A stretch of 49,628 nucleotides of DNA, the filler included, from Sphacelaria rigidula (taxonomy: Eukaryota), in NCBI GenBank assembly GCA_964200075.2. It is 3 parts of 3 records of this genome, joined end to end, with 100 filler letters (N's around TTAATTAATTAA, not from the genome) between each part and the next. Parts side by side here need not be neighbours in the genome. Positions count along the whole stretch, not along the records: positions 33,153 to 49,628 come from CAXNAA020001344.1; 2 more parts are not named here. The stretch is one strand, 5' to 3'. A model generated the notes under the pieces. The model saw only the letters and a program-made list of their open reading frames with translations, was not told where the DNA came from and ran no database searches. Positions within the stretch are counted from its first letter, which is position 1, and every line of letters begins with the position of its first letter. Position numbers and translations under genes: made by a program. Positions 46,501-49,628 of this stretch are shown here, piece after piece.

Positions 46501-47352
46501 GGAGGCAGCTGTCGTGGAAAGTGTCGTTTATCGATATAACTAAACAGCCTGTACTAGACTGTGTGGTGATTTTCACAAGGGTGGCTCCCGGCAACACCAC
46601 ACGCCATCCATATTACATATGTCTCGCCCCGATAATAGGTTACGGTTGGTCACGGCCAAGTTAAACAACGTGCATAATAAAAAGAACCGGATTGTACTCG
46701 TACGCCACACACGTTGTCAATTGTGAGCCTGGTTTCGCGCTTGTGGTCCCACCCATATCCTGGGACATCCGTTTCTGCACCAGGATTTAGATCGCATGCA
46801 CGTTGTCCAACCCATCCGTAACCTAAGGATACTTTTAGGACATGATTAATTGATATATTTCAGTGATTGATTGTCGCACTTTCACTTGCCCCCCACGGAT
46901 CCAGCCGTCGTCATATGATGGACGTACCCAAGAAAAACGAAATTGAAACAGTCGCTGAAGAAAAAGAAGGAACAGGAAAAGTCTAACAGAACGGCATAGC
47001 AGACTAAGACGGAGAAAAATAAAAAATATAAAGTCAACGAAAGCAAAACACAGAAAGAAATGGCCGATCTAAAAACATATATGTGGGCAATATATACCAG
47101 CGGCCTTCCGTGTCCTCCGTATCGCGTGGGACGGATGGCGTGTTCTCGAAAAGCATACCGTAGTCTCTACCGTAGTACTGTCGTACTGTGCTGTACTTCT
47201 TCACCAGGTTGATCATGGAGCATGATCACTACGTACCGTGGGATAGACGGCGCGTTTTCCGCAAGCACGAAGCAGTTGGTGGCTGCAGGGTTGGCCACCA
47301 CGAGAATCTTGCAATCGCGGGACGCGTGGCGCTCCAGAGTCGCGCCCGTTCT
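33803..47352 (-). CDS. MDH: Malate dehydrogenase, cytosolic MDH1-like, partial at both ends. Internal exons 47352-47237, 43299-43119, 40818-40491, 33978-33803
   Basis: Motifs [43 protein letters not shown] (catalytic His), [31 protein letters not shown] and [24 protein letters not shown]. Intron phases 2, 0, 1 are consistent. The N-terminal NAD-binding exons and the last exon were not found in this piece. Confidence 0.88.
35428..35580. repeat. Short foldback/MITE-like element
   Basis: atttcacagtgcaaatgtctcaggatcggagt and actctgatcctgagatatttgcactctgaaat are imperfect inverted repeats. Confidence 0.7.
37484..37511. repeat. (TG)n microsatellite
   Basis: Uninterrupted tgtgtg run. Confidence 0.9.
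37619..37719. repeat. Perfect inverted repeat, 45-bp arms with 11-nt loop
   Basis: 37619-37663 is the exact reverse complement of 37675-37719. Related sequence lies at 34205-34330 and 37740-37800. Confidence 0.92.
37820..37958 (+). mobile_element. 3' end of a (CAAT)n-tailed retroposon
   Basis: gtacgcctatcatg...gaccacggcgggatcc...aaagtgcgacaatcaatcaaatcaatc matches 44870-44951 and the reverse complement of 46860-46930. Confidence 0.7.
41280..41480. repeat. Degenerate ~38-bp minisatellite, same family as 15830-16170
   Basis: ctctacccaaatgttgggtaaagtgaggtacgatctcaataccctacccaacatctgggta, followed by three copies of the 9-mer ttggagtac. Confidence 0.7.
43320..46080 (-). mobile_element. Decayed, 5'-truncated non-LTR retrotransposon (LINE) with RT and C-terminal Cys motif, inside an MDH intron
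   Basis: Frameshifted RT motifs [48 protein letters not shown] and YTYLGVEI, then [18 protein letters not shown] and a degenerate CPCG...ECDLY knuckle. No endonuclease domain is visible. Confidence 0.92.
44641..44951 (+). mobile_element. (CAAT)n-tailed retroposon fragment nested in the LINE RT
   Basis: It splits the RT between ...GTAEGL and [14 protein letters not shown], lies in the opposite orientation, and ends in caatcaatcaatcaatc. Confidence 0.8.
46268..46525. mobile_element. MITE with GACACTTTCCACGA TIRs, uninterrupted copy
   Basis: gacactttccacgata ... tgtcgtggaaagtgtc. The interior matches the other two copies. Confidence 0.8.
46850..47070 (-). mobile_element. (CAAT)n-tailed retroposon fragment
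   Basis: The reverse complement matches 44700-44935 (tgattgattgtcgcactttca...gacgtacccaaga...agactaagac). Confidence 0.7.
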
Positions 47353-47434
47353 CTGCGAGGCAGACGAGACGCATGTAGGAAGACATCGTTTCAACATTTG
47401 TATCGCCAAGCGGTTGTTATTTGCGGGAGTTCTG

Positions 47435-47731
47435 GACACTTTCTACGATAAAAATGGTCAAACGACTAAGGCAAGCAACACATGAGATCGCCCCCCCCCC
47501 AAAAAAAGTGCCTGGTTTTGGGAGGCAAGATTTTCACGTAAATTTAAGTGGAAAAAATCGAGCACAACGAGCAGCTGGGGATTCCTACGCTTGAGTTCGT
47601 TATCGCCACTGTCGCCCGTATGAGGCACTTTATGCAGCTTAAACCTAAGCATCAGGTGCTGCATCGCCATTTTTTTCTCGACACTTTTGGGCTGTTTTTT
47701 TTGTTTGGGGGGGGGGGGACGTAGAAAGGGT
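47435..47731. mobile_element. MITE (same TIR family) with a ~40-nt LINE 3' tip inserted before its poly(C)
   Basis: gacactttctacgata | aaaatggtcaaacgactaaggcaagcaacacatgagatcg | cccccccccc ... ggggacgtagaaagggt. Confidence 0.75.
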
Positions 47732-48819
47732 AACTGGCGCGTACACCCTTAGAATGTTACACTCTCCTAGATGGCCTGAAAATAGCATACATGGCCCACT
47801 GGGAAGATGAAGGATCAGCTACTCTGGTCAAACAAGAGTACATGGGCCGTCAGCAGCTCGAAGACAGTGAATGCTATCGATCGGGGTAGTTCTCGCGAAA
47901 ACACACGCGGAGGAACTGCTCGACTGAAGTGCCGGCATCACCGGGATTTCAAGGGTCCGTCGGTGACCACGAATTTATTCCGAAAAGGAACTTGGCATCA
48001 TCGGAGGAATTGAAACATTTCAAGGATCGGTGATACGAAAAAAAATCGTGATTTGTTCCATATTCAACCTTTCTGCACGAATCAATAATATTATCATATA
48101 CGATTCGTACACGTTTTGGGCTCGTGATTCGTGCGACACTACGTGGAACGTACATATATTATATATATATATATATATATTCCTGCGTGTCATTCATGCG
48201 GTAAACCGGCGGAGGTGGACGCTTTCCATCTGTGATTCAAATGGCATGGAACATAGGTACATGCTCCCACCTTTTCTTCATAGACCATAGTTACATGTTT
48301 CCCGCCTTCCATTCATGCGGCATACTTGAATGTTTCCCACCGTTTGTTCCCGCGGCATGAATCATACGTACATGTTTCGCACCCGTCAATCGTGCGGCAT
48401 GAATCGAGCGCACGCAATCCCCACATGTCAGTCGTACGGCATGGATTACGCGCACACATTTCCCGCGGTTTACTCATACGCATGAATTCACGGTTGGGTG
48501 ATGCAGATGCAGCACATTTTTCTTTTTTTTTTTCGGTCAGCGGCAGTCCCGTGCGTTACCACGTTGGTCTGTAGGTCACACCGATATACTCAAGTCGGGT
48601 TGATTTGGTAAACTTGCCAAGTTATGGTGTGACATGCAAATGCAGGGTTTACTGCTGGCCCAACTCGTACACGTTGCGTGACTGACTTCTTGACCGTGGT
48701 GGGGGCATTTTCGCACAACAGACGAAACCCCCATCAACCATGTGTGTTTGGAAGTTTCTCACTGAAAATTAAAAGCCAGGAAGCGGAGTGACCACTCTGA
48801 CCACATGGCTGTCAAGAAT

Positions 48820-49140
48820 GAGAGGACCTCAAGAAATGTACGTAAACAATGGTTGGTACTGTGCAGATACCGCCACCCCTACCGCTAACCCTAACCCCGA
48901 CCAAGGCATATCGAGAACCCTCGGGCAAAGGGGGTGCAAAGTATTTCTTAGGCAAAGTGTGCGTTGCCAGAGCGCAAATCGACGCCTTTGAGCCGATTTT
49001 GGACCAAAACACGTTGTGGACGAGCTGGGTCTTACTGCTCACCACTGCTCACCTGCCCCAAATCATAACTTTTCTCAGAACTTTATTCATTCTGAAATCA
49101 AGTAAACATTCCTCCAGGTCTACTTTGATTCTCTACAAGT
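48820..49140 (+). repeat. Interspersed repeat, copy of 30691-31000
   Basis: Direct similarity over about 300 nt. Confidence 0.85.
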
Positions 49141-49628
49141 GAACTACTTCGCTGTCTAGCCGGATTTTTCATTGTGGTCGTGACCATTCAGCCGTACATA
49201 ACACGGGCACGAATAACGTGTTTTTACTCTGCTCGTGATCTTTACCGCCTGCCTGACCCCTCATGCGTTGCCAGCATATCTTCACACTGCCTGTGGTGTT
49301 GTTGTGGAACACTAAGCAGAGACGTCAACAACATGCAGTAGACTGTGTCGAGTGGTGTTTGTGTTTCTTGCCGTTGTATCCAGCGGAGACAAACAGCACA
49401 CACACTCTGCACGCGATAGACTGCAGGGTCAAATCGGTTCTCCTTGACCCTTCTTTGTATAGATGCCCAAAATCCGCATATTCGTGAAAAAAGGTGTTTT
49501 ATGTAGCGAGAAAACACCTAGTGGCATACTCGTAGTCCATCCCAGTCCACCTGCGGCTGTACTCATGATCATGCATGCAATAGTCATCAGACCATTGACC
49601 TCGCATCCCTACAAAGCCGAGACGGAGC

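Noticed and set aside
25735-47352. LHCX + MDH as a co-oriented photoprotection/redox cluster
   Set aside because: They are separated by an artificial linker and lie on different scaffolds.

Overview
Eukaryotic, intron-rich DNA, most likely from a brown alga or related stramenopile, judging by an LI818/LHCX antenna gene with an ASAFAP-type presequence, GT-AG introns and repeat-filled introns. The window is not one locus. It is three pieces of exactly 16,476 nt (1-16476, 16577-33052, 33153-49628) joined by artificial 100-nt N44-TTAATTAATTAA-N44 linkers. Piece 1 holds a 3'-truncated B-box/IQ/WW gene (- strand) divergent from a complete 8-exon, about 2,200 aa kinesin-SH3 gene whose tail has three C-x2-H-x4-C-x2-C repeats. 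Piece 2 holds an uncharacterised 6-exon gene and a complete 4-exon LHCX gene whose first intron contains a ~1.1 kb inverted duplication of a BED-finger transposase-like relic. Piece 3 holds four internal exons of a divergent cytosolic-type malate dehydrogenase. Its introns contain a decayed LINE with a nested (CAAT)n-tailed element, MITEs and a perfect 45-bp-stem hairpin. Gene models were built by hand from splice sites and reading-frame phase. No prokaryote-style system (CRISPR, operon) is present. The best novelty candidates are the kinesin-SH3-CHCC architecture, a LINE family whose 3' ends always abut poly(C), and the intronic hairpins.
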